DNA of 47,783 bases from Octopus sinensis (taxonomy: Eukaryota), in contig NW_021834506.1 of NCBI RefSeq assembly GCF_006345805.1, positions 1 through 47,783 of the forward strand, given 5' to 3'. Made by a program: the position numbers and the translations under genes. Below, piece after piece: positions 1 to 11,872 of this stretch (position 1 is the first letter of the stretch; each line of letters starts with the position of its first letter). The notes beneath the pieces are model-generated. The model made no database searches. It worked only from the letters and a program-made list of their open reading frames with translations, and was not told the origin of the DNA.

Positions 1-305
1 AATATACTTCCTCTAATACAAAGCGAACCCTGCTTAAGATTTATGTTAACGGTTTATGCGCATTGTAAAACTTACCACATTTCTTGTATCAAAGGTTTCC
101 AAACTTCTCAAAAGCATAAATTTCTACATCTAATTCAAAATCGAACTGTGCTCACAAGCTGCTTCAATTCAAAATCGTTTCGATATTCCTGAACTCTCCT
201 CACTACACTCAAAGATATATGTACACAGACACATACACATATACGCATATATATTTTCGTAACACACAGATGTATTCACACACACACACACACACACATA
301 TATAT

Positions 306-712
306 ACAGGTGTGGTAAGTAGCTTGCTAACCAACCACATGGTCCCGGGTTCAGTCCCACTGCGTGGCATCTTGGGCAAGTTTCTTCTGCTATAGCCCCG
401 GGCCGACCAATGCCTTGTGAGTGGATTTGGTAGACGGAAACTGAAAGAAGCCTGTCGTATATATATATATATATATATATATATGCGTGGGTGTGTTTGT
501 GTGTCTGTGTTGTCCCCCTATGCATTGCTTGACAACCGATGCTGGTGTGTTTACGTCCCCGTCACTTAGCGGTTCGGCAAAAGAGACCGATAGAATAAGT
601 ACTGGGCTTACAAAGAATAAGTTCCGGGGTCGATTTGCTCGACTAAAGGCGGTGCTCCAGCATGGCCGCAGTCAAATGACTGAAACAAGTAAAAGAGTAA
701 AAGAGTAAAAGA
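306..712 (+). mobile_element. tRNA-derived SINE (Octopus-type family with internal microsatellite), 5' slightly truncated
   Basis: GTGTGGTAAGTAGCTTGC...GGGTTCAGTCCCACTG A/B-box-like head, body, internal (TA)n and (GAGTAAAA)n tail; near-identical reverse copy at 33181-33598 and diverged copies elsewhere in the window. Confidence 0.85.
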
Positions 713-1021
713 GATACATATATACATGTCTGTGTGTGTGTGTGTGTGTTGTGTGTATGTATGTATCTATATGTCTATATGTTTGTGAGTCGGTCTGCAT
801 ATTTGAATTGGTAATAAGCTTCTGTTTATACACATGACTGCTCAGCGCCTCTTTTCCATAACCATAATTATATGAACAGACGTTTGTGTATTTATATATT
901 AAGGCCATATATGTATGTGTCTATCGATCTATATATGTGCATGTGTGTGTGTGTCTGTCTGTATGTGTATCTGTGTTTGTGTGTATGTGTGTGTATAAAA
1001 ATAGATGTGGCTGGTCTATGC

Positions 1022-1079
1022 GGTTAGCCTGGATTTCACATCCATAATACACTTAGGTTTACAGCGTTTCTTCAGGCCC
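1022..1079 (-). ncRNA. Decayed type I hammerhead ribozyme motif (family H1, left arm of an inverted repeat)
   Basis: Minus strand reads GGGC CTGAAGA A ACG...TGT GAAA TCCAGGC TA ACCG; inverted partner at 1160-1216. Confidence 0.5.
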
Positions 1080-1159
1080 TAAAATCCGTTGGCCTATGGC
1101 CTCTCTAGGCTTCACTAGCCCAAAGAGGCCTAGATAGGACATAGACCAACGAGTTTTAA

Positions 1160-1216
1160 GGTCTGAAGAAACGCTGTAAAGCTACACGCTTTATGAACGT
1201 GAGACCTAAGGTAACC
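1160..1216 (+). ncRNA. Type I hammerhead ribozyme motif, GAAA mutated to GAGA (family H1)
   Basis: GGT CTGAAGA A ACG[24 nt]CGT GAGA CCTAAGG TA ACC: helix I GGT/ACC, helix II ACG/CGT, near-palindromic helix III, GUA triplet. Confidence 0.6.
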
Positions 1217-1617
1217 CCTTAGACCGGCCACATCTATCTTTATCTATATACTCTGCTGCTCTTATAACTTAGAGTGTGCTTTTCTTTCGTACTTATAAGT
1301 TACTGACGATATATGCATAATGTGTATGTGTGACTGTGTGGTGGATGTGTGTGTATGCGTGTGTAAATTTGATAGCTTGCATAAAAGGAAAAGAAAACAC
1401 AATGTTCTATCCCAAAATACAAGTATTACCTTGATACAGATAACTCTTTTCCAGTATTCAAATGGCTTCAAAGGCTCTCTCTCAACTTTTCCTCCACTAA
1501 AACAATAACCTTTATGCTCTCCAAAACCGTCCAATGTTTACCATACATCAAACTCTTCCTGAATAAAGGTGACATAAAAATCGTCAAATTTACATCGATA
1601 TATATATATATATATAG

Positions 1618-1649
<32 letters not shown>

Positions 1650-1714
1650 TAGATATATATCTATATATATATATTATTTTATAAATAAATATATATATAT
1701 AATATAAATATTAA

Positions 1715-2140
1715 AATTTCTAAGTCTATCTAAAGACTACGACAGCGGTACTGGGAATTAACAGTTATCGCCAGTCTAATATGGCAGTCCATTAATATAA
1801 GACTTAAGCTGCCGTTGATTAGCTCCAAGAGGCCATCGCCTCAATCTAGCTATATGACACACGAACCTGTGTCCATTATAACCTTCGAACAGGGGAGGTC
1901 AACCGCTTCCCCTTGCTGGTTAGACATTTCATAGACGCCATGATAAATCGTTAGCTCCTACACGCATTTTTTTCTCTCCTTGTTTCTCTCCTTGTTTTTT
2001 TGTCTGTGTATCTTTCTGTCGAAAAGCGAAGGCTCGAAACGTAAAAGACTTTTTCTATTTCTATTCCTGAGCGCTATTCTAATACATTTGTTTGCTTTGT
2101 ACTACCACCTGCCTTCGTCTTTTGTTTATTTTCGTAACTT
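1715..2140 (+). mobile_element. Hammerhead-bearing interspersed repeat (probable PLE pLTR/3' derivative, family H3)
   Basis: The 3' part (GCTCGAAACGTAAAAGACTT...CTAATACAT...CTTCGTCTTTTGTTT) recurs at 42070-42175 and, more diverged, at 6010-6100; flanked by (TA)n. Confidence 0.6.
2011..2048 (+). ncRNA. Minimal hammerhead motif with variant core CTGTCGA (family H3)
   Basis: TCTTT CTGTCGA A AAG CGAAGG CTC GAAA CGT A AAAGA: helix I TCTTT/AAAGA, ACGT palindrome in place of helix III. Confidence 0.55.
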
Positions 2141-2150
2141 TTTCCATTAG

Positions 2151-2185
<35 letters not shown>

Positions 2186-2236
2186 TAGTGAAGGAAGAAA
2201 TGGAGCTGAACGAAGATTCTACAGAATTCCTTTATT

Positions 2237-2320
2237 ATTTCTACACATGTTTCAAAGGCCGCAAATTTCCAAATTCGGATTGAATAAGGAGGCCATTTGC
2301 AGCTTTCTCTTCAGGAAAAT
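2237..2320 (-). ncRNA. Type I hammerhead ribozyme in the PLE 3' region/pLTR (family H2)
   Basis: ATTTTC CTGAAGA G AAAGCTGCAAAT...ATTTGCGGCCTTT GAAA CATGT GTA GAAAT: intact core, ~12 bp helix II, GUA triplet; the copy at ~4600 has GAAAAT, pairing fully with ATTTTC. Confidence 0.8.
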
Positions 2321-3036
2321 TCAGGAATTTAAATCTCTCCAAACAAATGCGCAGCAAGCAATTCAACAAAACGCTCCTTAGGAGCCCATGGGAATGGCAC
2401 AAACTGTTCTCAATGTGCGTGACGTCAGGGGGTGGAGGCCGACGAAAAAGTCCGTTGGAATATATCGAGGTCAAATGCGGTCAAAACCTGGTAGGGGAAG
2501 AAATACTGAAAACCAAAGGGATGAATATATTCTGTATAACTAATGTTAATGTTCGGATTGTTTAAGAATTAAGGCTATCTTATTTAGGTGTGCGAACCTA
2601 CCTACATTTTGTGTGTGGCGCCTGTGTATGTGTGGCAGTATGTAGTAAGCAGCTAGAGGGAAAGAGTACTGCTGATATTGTTGGTCAAGCGGCTGATAAA
2701 AGCCTGTGTCTGTGGTTTCGTCTTGGCCAGCTTGTATACAGATGACTTTCAAATCAAGGGGCGTATAATCCCTGATATTGCTTCTAAAAAAGTGGCAGAC
2801 CATACGCTAAAAGGGGAGTAATTTCCCCTTGCAAATTTAATTCAAGATTTTTTTCAAAATTTTTCCAAAATTTTTTTCTTTTCTTAGGACATCAAGGTGT
2901 TAATTATCTTAGGTTTCAATTGTATGCAAGAAATGTGTGCCGCCGCCAGAGGGGACATCTAAAAGAATTTTGCAAAATCCCGTTAACTAAGCGCCCTCGG
3001 GCGAACAAAATGTGAAAAAGTTGCAGAGATTACATA

Positions 3037-3411
3037 TTACATATTACAGAGATTACATATTCTTTTGCCTCTATCAAACGGTAGAGACACCGATAAAATC
3101 GACCATTCCAGTCTAAATGCTGAATTCGCGTTCTTCAAACGCCAGATCAATTTACTAAGTCCTGTCGCGTGTTGTATCTTAAAATCGCGAAATGTTGTGA
3201 AGTGGTTCGATATTCTCACGGCCAATTTTGATGATGACGCTCCGATATACAAGTAGACATCTGATTCAGTGTAAACTCTGCATTGGTAAATGGCATTTCT
3301 AATCTTGGAATTACTAGATAAGAACCTTATTCTATTGGGATTTGCTTCCGATATTAATACGGCATTCTTATTACTATAATGATTGTGAGAACTGCGGCTT
3401 GTCTTCGACAT
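3037..3411 (-). pseudogene. PLE GIY-YIG endonuclease domain remnant
   Basis: AIYQCRV...YLYIGASSSKLAVRISNH...TGLSKLIWRLK...EWSIL...CNLC matches the PLE GIY-YIG pattern; out of frame with the upstream RT. Confidence 0.88.
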
Positions 3412-3799
3412 TAAACCCCATTATCAATACTATTAATGGAATATCACCTGTATATTCCCTGTCACTGGATCGCTGTGATTGCTAATGTCCGTGATCCTAC
3501 TGTGTCAAAACCGTTGCTAAAGGTGTTATTAGGACTCTCTACATTAATGACTCGGACAGTGCTCTCATCCCTATTACCATTACTAACGTTAGTGTCGTCA
3601 CCGTTGCTCCTATCCTTATTCCTATTATTAACTCCATGGCTGGTATGGAGATTGCTAATCTCTGTGCCGGTTCTATTATCATTATTACTATTATTATTAC
3701 TGAGCGCGTTTATTCTGGCATTAGACGGAGCTGCGTCTCCGGACGAGTCTCCGGACGAGGGTGATAGGGTCTTATTTAGCAGTATTGTTATGGGAGGAG

Positions 3800-4593
3800 G
3801 AAATTATCTAGGAGAGATTTTTTTGTTGGAGAAGGCTATCCTAACTTGGTGTGAGTTAACAGTGGCGTAATATCTGGAATTTCTGGGAAAATTACTGGCA
3901 ATGGCTTGGCGAAACTGCAGGGGTACATTAGATCTTATTTGTTTACCAAATGGGATTACAAACCAAATATATTTATTCCTGTTTTTGTAATGGGTCGGGG
4001 AGTTAACTCTGACATTAAGGTGGGTATTTCTAGGTTGAATAATGGGTTTTGGCTTACAATGGCCTCCCCTGGACCGCAAATTATTTGTTACCTAAATTTA
4101 TTCTAGATGTACTTATTCCGACATTCCTTAGGCTACCATCACTACTTAAATTATTTATGTTATTGTAGCCGGCCCTATCCTGTTGACAGAATGCTGGCAT
4201 CGGAAGGGCCGGATCTATATATACTACCTTCTCCCTATAACCGGCTTTAGACAGGGCGGCATTATAAAATTCCGCTTTCTGCCTAAAAATGTCGACACTA
4301 GCAGACAAATTAGTTAATCTCTGAGAAATATTTTTAACCAAATTGTCTGTTATAGTTTTAGCGTGATTCGAGAAGACACTGACATACTTTAAGTTAGTGG
4401 AAGGCTTGTGGTAAGGGCAGTAAGAATCGCTATGGAGGTTTAGTGTGACATCTAAGAAATTAGCCTTAGTAAGTTCGTTATCAAAAACTATACTCATGCC
4501 CATCCTATTAAAGAACCTAGCTAACCTGTTTTTAGTTTTCTGTACGATTCTGTTCGTGGTGTTTTGTAGGTAAAACAGACAATCGTCACGATG
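3800..4593 (-). pseudogene. PLE reverse transcriptase C-terminal half, thumb and linker (frameshifted)
   Basis: HRDD catalytic motif, FLDVTLNL, YHKP...YVSVFSNH, AL..AGY, then IWFVIPF...FP in the next frame; the ORF-track start MFQR is supplied by the inverted pLTR. Confidence 0.88.
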
Positions 4594-4846
4594 CCTTTGA
4601 AACATGTGTAGAAAATAATAAAAGGAATTCTGTAGAATCTTCGTTCAGCTCCATTTCTTCCCTTCACTAAATATATTAAACTTCAATTATCCGCGCTAAG
4701 GCACGGTTGCGACACCCCATGGTCGTAACTTCAACCGTGTTTTTTCTGTTGTGATTTTTGCTACCCAGATATCGGGTAAATTTTGAATAATCCTAACAAG
4801 ATAATTCATTATCCATTTCAATAAATATATATATATATATATATTA

Positions 4847-4918
<72 letters not shown>

Positions 4919-4920
4919 TA

Positions 4921-5925
4921 TATGAAGTTGAGTAAAAAGTAAGCAACGTTTTGAACCATGAAGAATTGTACCGGACTTTAGCAGAGTTTTGAATTTTTTA
5001 AAACTTTTTTTTGAAATTGTCTGATAATGCAGACATAGACTTACCCAAAGGCATCAATAAATTAACATTGATATTTTTTTTCTCTTTTGTTACAATCATC
5101 TGAAATGGAACTGTCAAAGCAAAATATTCGAGCAATTTTGCTATTCAACTTCAAAAAAGGACGTAAAGCAGCTGAAACTGCTCGCGATATATAAACGAAA
5201 CTTTTGGTGAGGAAATGACCAGTGAGTGGTCAGCTCGAAAATGGATTAAACAATTTCGCATTGGAGACCTGAGCCATGGAGATCGTGAACGTAGTGGACG
5301 CCCATCTGTCATTGATGACGGTCAATTAAAGACCATCATTGAGAAAGATCCACATAAAACCACTCAAGAACTGGCAAAAGAACTTCTTCACGTTAGCCAG
5401 AAAACTGCTTGCAACTATTTGCATGCGATCGGAAAATCAAAAGAAGCTCGACCAATAGGTCCCCCACGATTTGAATGAAAATCAGAAAACGCGCAGATAT
5501 GAAATCTTCTCGACTTTTCTTCTCAGTAACCAGACCGATCCATTTATCGACCGTGTCGTAACTTGCGATGAAAAGTGAATTCTGTACAATAATATAAAAT
5601 GTTCTTCACAGTGGTTAGACCAAAATGAAGCACCGAAAACCTTCCCTAAACCTAAGCTCTTCAAACAGAAGGTTATGGTAACTGTTTGGTGGTGTACTGC
5701 CGGACTCATCCACTATTACTTCTTAAAACCCGGAAAAATCATTACTGCAGAAACATATTGCCATGAATCGCCATAATGAACGAAAAACTGCTACTCCCAG
5801 ACTGACCAACAGAAGAGGGCTAATCATTCTTTATGACAATGCTCGATCACACGTTTCACTAATGACACTCCAGAAGTTGAAGGAATTTGACTACGAAGTT
5901 CTTCCTCACCCAGCTTAATCCCCAG
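4921..5925 (+). mobile_element. Mariner transposon remnant (Hsmar1/SETMAR-like), right end missing
   Basis: TIR-like left end TATGAAGTTGAGTAAAAAGTAAGC; MELSKQNIRAILLFNFKKGRKAAETA, RSGRPS, VTCDEK*, YDNARSH, HPA*SP motifs with stops and frameshifts. Confidence 0.9.
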
Positions 5926-6016
5926 AATATATTGCACAAGCAATATATTAATAAGACGCTCAGAGAAGGAAAAGAGTGGAACTTTTCGTTTCGAGCGTAC
6001 TTTCCTGTTTTTCCTC

Positions 6017-6049
6017 TTTCCGAAGAGGAGTTATGCTCGAATCGTAAAA
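6017..6049 (+). ncRNA. Degenerate hammerhead motif related to family H3
   Basis: TTT CCGAAGA G GAG TTATG CTC GAAT CGT A AAA (two core substitutions); downstream CTGAGCGTCTTATTAATACAT resembles 2066-2090. Confidence 0.4.
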
Positions 6050-6689
6050 CTGCTACTCTTTTCTTTCTCTGAGCGTCTTATTAATACATTCCTTCTGCTA
6101 CGCCCACGCGCTTGTTTGGGTTTCTTTTCTTCCTCTCTCTCTCTCTCCCTCTCTCTCTCTATTTATCTATCTATCTATCTCTTTCTCTCTAATTATGTAT
6201 ATATATTGATATAATATTATATATGTATATATATATGTATATATATATATATAATATATATATATATATAATATATATATTATATATATTATATATATAT
6301 ATTATAATATATATATTATATATATATATATTATATATATATACATTATATATATGTATTTATCATGTCGTTTGATATACGTTTAATATAAGTATATATG
6401 TATGTATAATTACATATATATATATATATATATAAACATGTATATTTATATATACATATATCAAGCGACATGATAAATAGATATATTATGCATCATACGC
6501 ACACACACACACATATATATATATATACATATATATATATACCCACACACAGAGATATATACACTAAGATATATATATACATGAATACATACATAAACAT
6601 GCACAAACATACATATACATACATACATGCGTACACACATATTCATAATACACACAAACACATTCGTGTACATGATGTTGCACGAAAAA

Positions 6690-7000
6690 CAACGATGGAA
6701 GAGGTGAAAGCCATCATGTTATTTATAGGAACCGGAAATTTCGTCTCATTATCCATGATTCCTAGATGCTCCCATATTTCCATATATTTACTTTTTCACA
6801 ACATTCACGTTAAATTGCCTCTTCATTTCCAAGACGCTATTATTTTTTACTCTCTTTCTTCCTTCCTTCCTTTCTTTATTTCATTCTTTCTGGTGTGTTT
6901 ACGGCACCATACTGAAAATTTGGCATATCTGGTTAGAATATATCTGCTGAATTTATTTTATATATAGAATCCCCCAATATTCATAAGATCCATCAATTTC
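6690..7000 (-). mobile_element. Possible highly decayed RTE-type LINE fragment (post-RT region)
   Basis: Minus-strand reading gives SYEYWG (cf. F.YLG) and NVVKK*IYG (cf. V...L.YG); many stops. Confidence 0.3.
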
Positions 7001-7216
7001 CATGTCTTCGCCTAACGGGCTTTTGTGATTTAGTTGTTTGCCGTATTTTACGTTGGCTTGTTTGTTTGTTTGTTTGTTTGTTGGTATTGTTTTTTTTATG
7101 TTGCTTGTTTGTTTGTTTAGTTTCACATTGTTCGTTCTCGAGAAAGTTCAGAAAGTGCATGTATGTGTTCGTGTATGTGTGGTGGGGAGTATATATAATA
7201 TATATATATTACACGT

Positions 7217-7285
<69 letters not shown>

Positions 7286-7523
7286 TATATATATATACAT
7301 ATACATATATCATATACGTGTGTATGTGATGTATGTATATATGTAAATGTATACATATACATATATATACAGACATACATACACACAAGCATTCTCACAT
7401 ATATATATATATACACACACACAGACATACATACACCCAAGTATACTCACATATGTGTATATATATAATATATATATATCCATAAATACAGATGTGTGTG
7501 TGTGTTATGTGTGTGCATATATG

Positions 7524-7570
<47 letters not shown>

Positions 7571-7874
7571 GATATAATATATATAATCCGTAAAAGTATA
7601 TATCTGTTATAGACGCAAGAAACACCACATACACACATGTATATAAATGTGTGTATGTTCTATTGTGTGTGCTTGTGCGTGCGTGTGTATGTGTCTGTGT
7701 GTGTGTGTATGCGTGTGTGATGAATCAATTGGCATCAGAGATTGCAATTTATCAAAAGAAATTACTCACTATTGCGAAGCATGGGAAGAATATTATTTAT
7801 TCAAAGTTGATAATGTGTATATCGGTAATCGGAGATCGTGTTTCTGCTCGTTAGTATATCACATACATACAAAC

Positions 7875-7906
<32 letters not shown>

Positions 7907-7947
7907 TATATATTATATATATATCTATATATATATATATATATTAA

Positions 7948-7979
<32 letters not shown>

Positions 7980-8023
7980 TAATATATATACGTACATTAT
8001 AATAATACACACATACATACGAC

Positions 8024-8097
<74 letters not shown>

Positions 8098-8149
8098 CGT
8101 ATGCACAAGCATGCTGCCAACATATATACATACACAATGTGTAAGCAGA

Positions 8150-8290
8150 AGAAAGGGGAAAAGACTTTTCTCAATTCAAAATGTAACATTGTTTTTATCT
8201 GCATTTCAAAGATGAAGCTTTACTTCTTTGTTGGAAATCAGTTCCTTTCTTACAGGAAAACTTCAAATAATTAAAAAAAAATGAAAGAAA
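8150..8290 (+). mobile_element. 3' end of RLE-type non-LTR retrotransposon family B
   Basis: AAGACTTTTCTC...TTCAAA.TG.AACATTGTTTTT...GAAA.CAGTTCCTT...TTCAAATAATTAAAAA aligns by eye with 39185-39310; flanked by CATA-rich repeats. Confidence 0.6.
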
Positions 8291-8904
8291 ATATACATAC
8301 ATGCATAACATAACATACGTGCATACATACACACAAACACACACGCACGCGCTTGGACTCACACACAAACACATACATACATGCGAACATATATACTTAC
8401 ATACCTTCATACGAGTGTGCAAGATGTCTGTCAACTTGTATTCGAGGAAGTTCACTTCTTGCTGTTTTCGAAGATGTTTACAATTCCACCTCTTATACAC
8501 CGCAACACAAGAGGAGCAAGTCTTGCTGACGAGTAGTAAGTCACGGTTGTTTCTACCAACGCTACACTTTCTGGGGAACAATCACAAAGGGCCTGGACTA
8601 GTCATAAAAGGATTCTCTTGTACATAAGGTACTTTATAAAACAGTTTGGTAAAATCGACCAAAAAAGTACAAAAAAACCTGTCTTTTTGAATGGATTATC
8701 CAAAGTTTCAGACAGTGCTTCCATTTGGAAGCGTTACCCACGCCACTAGATCTTCACGAAAATTCTTTCTTGAAGTTCATCCAATACAACTTGTGATTCT
8801 GTTTGAAAATCATTCTACCCTCCCTCGCTGCGGCGGCCATCAGCCAGAGTTTAATTTTGTGAAACACGATGCAGCTGCTGTGGGCAGGTCATGAGAATAC
8901 TATA

Positions 8905-9423
8905 CCGTAAATCCTCGAGTATAGTCCGCCCGTGAGTATAATACGCAGGGAATTTTTAGGGGGCTGTACCTCTGAAAAACCTAAACCTTGTGTATAATAC
9001 GCACCCCCTCTCTAACTTGAGTCGTGCGTAATTAAGCCAGCAGCACCTAGTCGAACGAACACTTCCGTGCATGCGTAATACGATAATGGTGATATTCTTA
9101 ACTGTTATATGGGAATGTAAATATGTTTGCAAATATTTTGTTTTTGTTACACGTTATTCTGTGATCTGAATACTTTTATTTTAATAAATGTTGCTTACTC
9201 AAGTTATGGATGATTCTTTTATGACTTCATTGCTTTCAGGCTTAGCTTAAGGTATTTTCACGCCCGACATCACAATATGCGTCTGTATAAACATTACCAG
9301 ACAGCAAATAGAGACTCGGACATTGCTTAGAAAATATTTTTAACCTCGTATATAGTACGCACTAGGGATTTTAACCTTTATATTTGGGGGGAGAAAATGC
9401 GGATTATACTCGAAGATTTACGG
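8905..9423. mobile_element. Non-autonomous Tc1/mariner-superfamily (Tc2/pogo-like) element
   Basis: TIRs CCGTAAATCCTCGAGTATAGTCCGC / GCGGATTATACTCGAAGATTTACGG with flanking TA. Confidence 0.8.
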
Positions 9424-10187
9424 TAACTATTGATCATACAGGGAAGCAAATTTTTCCATAACGCAACACAGAGTCAGATTTTCCATCAGATTCTCCTGGA
9501 CGATTCTATTATTGATTTCAGTCGAGCGAGAAAACTAATGGATTGTTCAGCAACGATTGTTATGGAAGAAATGGCCAAAATTTTCCACATTTTCTATCGT
9601 TTGTCAAATGATCTGCTACCTCGAGCGTGCTTCATTTTTAACTCACACTCGACCGTAAAAATCAAAAGAGCTGTTCAGAAACAATGTTGAAACTACAGGT
9701 GGAAATTGAACCCCGAGCAGCTGATGTCTTATGCGTAATTTGACTTAGTAAGGTGGCTAGCGATGATCGTCAGCTGTGCACGTAGTACAAGCTGATCGAA
9801 AACTTTCTGATAAAACCTTCTATATAAAATATTTATTTAGAGAGGCTTAAACATTCACACTGCAATTTAACGCCGTTATATGTGCGTGTGTGTGCGTGCG
9901 TGCGCGTATGCATGCGTGCGTGTACGTATGCATGCACGCATGTATGCATGCACGCATGTATGCATGCATGCATGTAAGCATGCACGCATGTATGCATGTA
10001 TATATGTATGTATAGTAATGTGTGTGTGTATATGTATACATGTATATGTATTTATATATATATATATATATTTCTTATATATATATATATATAATGCTAC
10101 AGTTCTATATTTGAAAGATGAAGAATTATATACATTATTTACATTATTTACATTCGATGGATATTTTCCTCATCTTGTTTGTTGTTA

Positions 10188-10231
10188 ACAGAATGTTTCA
10201 GCTGATATAACCTCCAGCCTTCATCAGGTGT
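10188..10231 (-). ncRNA. Hammerhead motif family H4, cleavage-site region mutated
   Basis: ACAC CTGATGA A GGCTG GAGGTTATAT CAGCT GAAA CATT CTGT. Confidence 0.6.
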
Positions 10232-10375
10232 CTTGGGGGAAATTTCGAATCTGGGTTCTCATTCCTAAGACCTGAATTATTAATAATAATAATAATTATT
10301 ATTATTATTATTATTATTATTATAACATCGAAAAATACCTTAGGAATGAGAACCCAGGCTGGAAAATTCTCCAAG

Positions 10376-10419
10376 ACACCTGATGAAGGCTGGAGGGTAT
10401 ATCAACCGAAACGTTGTGT
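10376..10419 (+). ncRNA. Minimal type I hammerhead ribozyme, family H4
   Basis: ACAC CTGATGA A GGCTG GAGGGTATAT CAACC GAAA CGT T GTGT: helix I ACAC/GTGT, AACGTT palindrome, GUU triplet. Confidence 0.8.
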
Positions 10420-10517
10420 TAACAACAAACAAGATGAGAACAAATATCCGTCAATTGTAAATAATGTAGATATATAATGCTGTTTGGATATGTTAGCATA
10501 TTGTGTGGGTGTATACA

Positions 10518-10558
<41 letters not shown>

Positions 10559-10661
10559 ATATATATATATATATAATATATATAATATATATATATATTA
10601 ATTCCCAACAAGAAAGCACAAAAAACACAACGCGAGGACGTGGAACAAATATAGTCTTATA

Positions 10662-10749
10662 ATGCAGTACGACCGTTTCAAGCGATCATTACATCAATCA
10701 TTATGCAATCATTACATCAATTTAAGTATAGTGCTATCTTCAGCTGCAC
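10662..10749 (-). ncRNA. Type I hammerhead ribozyme, family H5
   Basis: GTGCAG CTGAAGA T AGC[long loop]GCT T GAAA CGGTCG TA CTGCAT: 6 bp helix I, near-palindromic ACGGTCGT helix III, GUA triplet. Confidence 0.78.
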
Positions 10750-10849
10750 AAAATATAGATTTTTTTAACAAGTAGGACACATTAATATAATTTTTCTTTA
10801 ATGTTTTAACAGAGTAAGAAGCTAGAAGAAATTCATGTTGTCGCTATTG

Positions 10850-11340
10850 TAGCAAAGTGGCTAAAATAGACTACAATTTCTAAGAATCGCATGAAGCATA
10901 GTGGGATCATAGGGTTGTAAAGGTTGTAATTCATTTCTAATTTATTTATCTCTTTATCATCTATTAAATCTGAGGCTTGAAGACTGTGTCTATTTTGAAT
11001 AAAGAACAAGAGTGAGTTGACAGTCCGTGGCTAGGTATGGTCATAAATATTATCATAGGTCTCCCTTTTCCCCAAGAGAAAGGAAATAAGATATTGGGAA
11101 GAGTTAATTTGATAGAAATAATTGTCTATAAAAGAAGAGGCAAGGTAGGGTAGTAGACTTTAAATCATGATGTTAATCCCCAGTTAAAGGGGCATGACAC
11201 TAAGAAACTTAAGATGCTAATAGAAGGAAAATTTCTTCGGGGCACGATGGAGGGACGTTTATAAACAATATTGTTATGTTGTATAAAAACGAAATTTAAG
11301 AATTCTAAAATGATATCCTAACCCAAATAGCTAAAAGCTG
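10850..11340 (-). mobile_element. Possible decayed LINE apurinic-endonuclease region
   Basis: Minus-strand INVPPSCP and CPFNWGLTS-like segments resemble APE motifs (NIY.PP, GDFN); heavily degenerate. Confidence 0.25.
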
Positions 11341-11361
11341 TGTATGTATCAATTATAAACA

Positions 11362-11553
11362 TTAAAAAAGAAGATTATGCAGAATCAGTTTAATAGCTAT
11401 TCTTGTGCTTAATTGATTAATTGTTAGGTGGTTTCTATGAAGACTGCCCAAGGCACTTACATATGGAATGTCTGGAAAGACATACATACAATCTATTAAT
11501 TTTAAGCCATGAATCAGAAGCAGGATATTGAGATAATGGTAAAATATAGACAT
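11362..11553 (-). mobile_element. Decayed RLE-type retrotransposon C-terminal fragment
   Basis: YVFPDIPYVSALG resembles the YKFTFIPMIIRALG and PIIVGALG segments of other RLE copies in this window. Confidence 0.35.
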
Positions 11554-11625
11554 ATTTAAAGAAAAATTATAAAATCTAAAGCATAAAAAATATAAATACT
11601 CGAAAAATATGTGCTGATAATAATG

Positions 11626-11720
<95 letters not shown>

Positions 11721-11784
11721 AATAATAATAATAATGATGATGATGATGATGATAATAATAATAATAATGATGATGATGATGATG

Positions 11785-11845
<61 letters not shown>

Positions 11846-11872
11846 TGATGATAATAATAATGATAATAATAA

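Larger units (their letters stand above)
2186..4668 (-). mobile_element. 5'-truncated Penelope-like retroelement with inverted terminal pLTR copy
   Basis: RT and GIY-YIG remnants on the minus strand; 2187-2255 is an inverted repeat of 4593-4668; the 3' end abuts (TA)n; hammerhead in the 3' region. Confidence 0.9.
10110..10495. repeat. Inverted repeat (~150 bp arms, (TAA)n spacer) carrying two back-to-back hammerheads
   Basis: 10165-10268 is the reverse complement of 10337-10440, with weaker similarity further out. Confidence 0.85.

Noticed and set aside
3436-3870. 144 aa hydrophobic plus-strand ORF
   Set aside because: It is the antisense of the Asn-rich PLE linker
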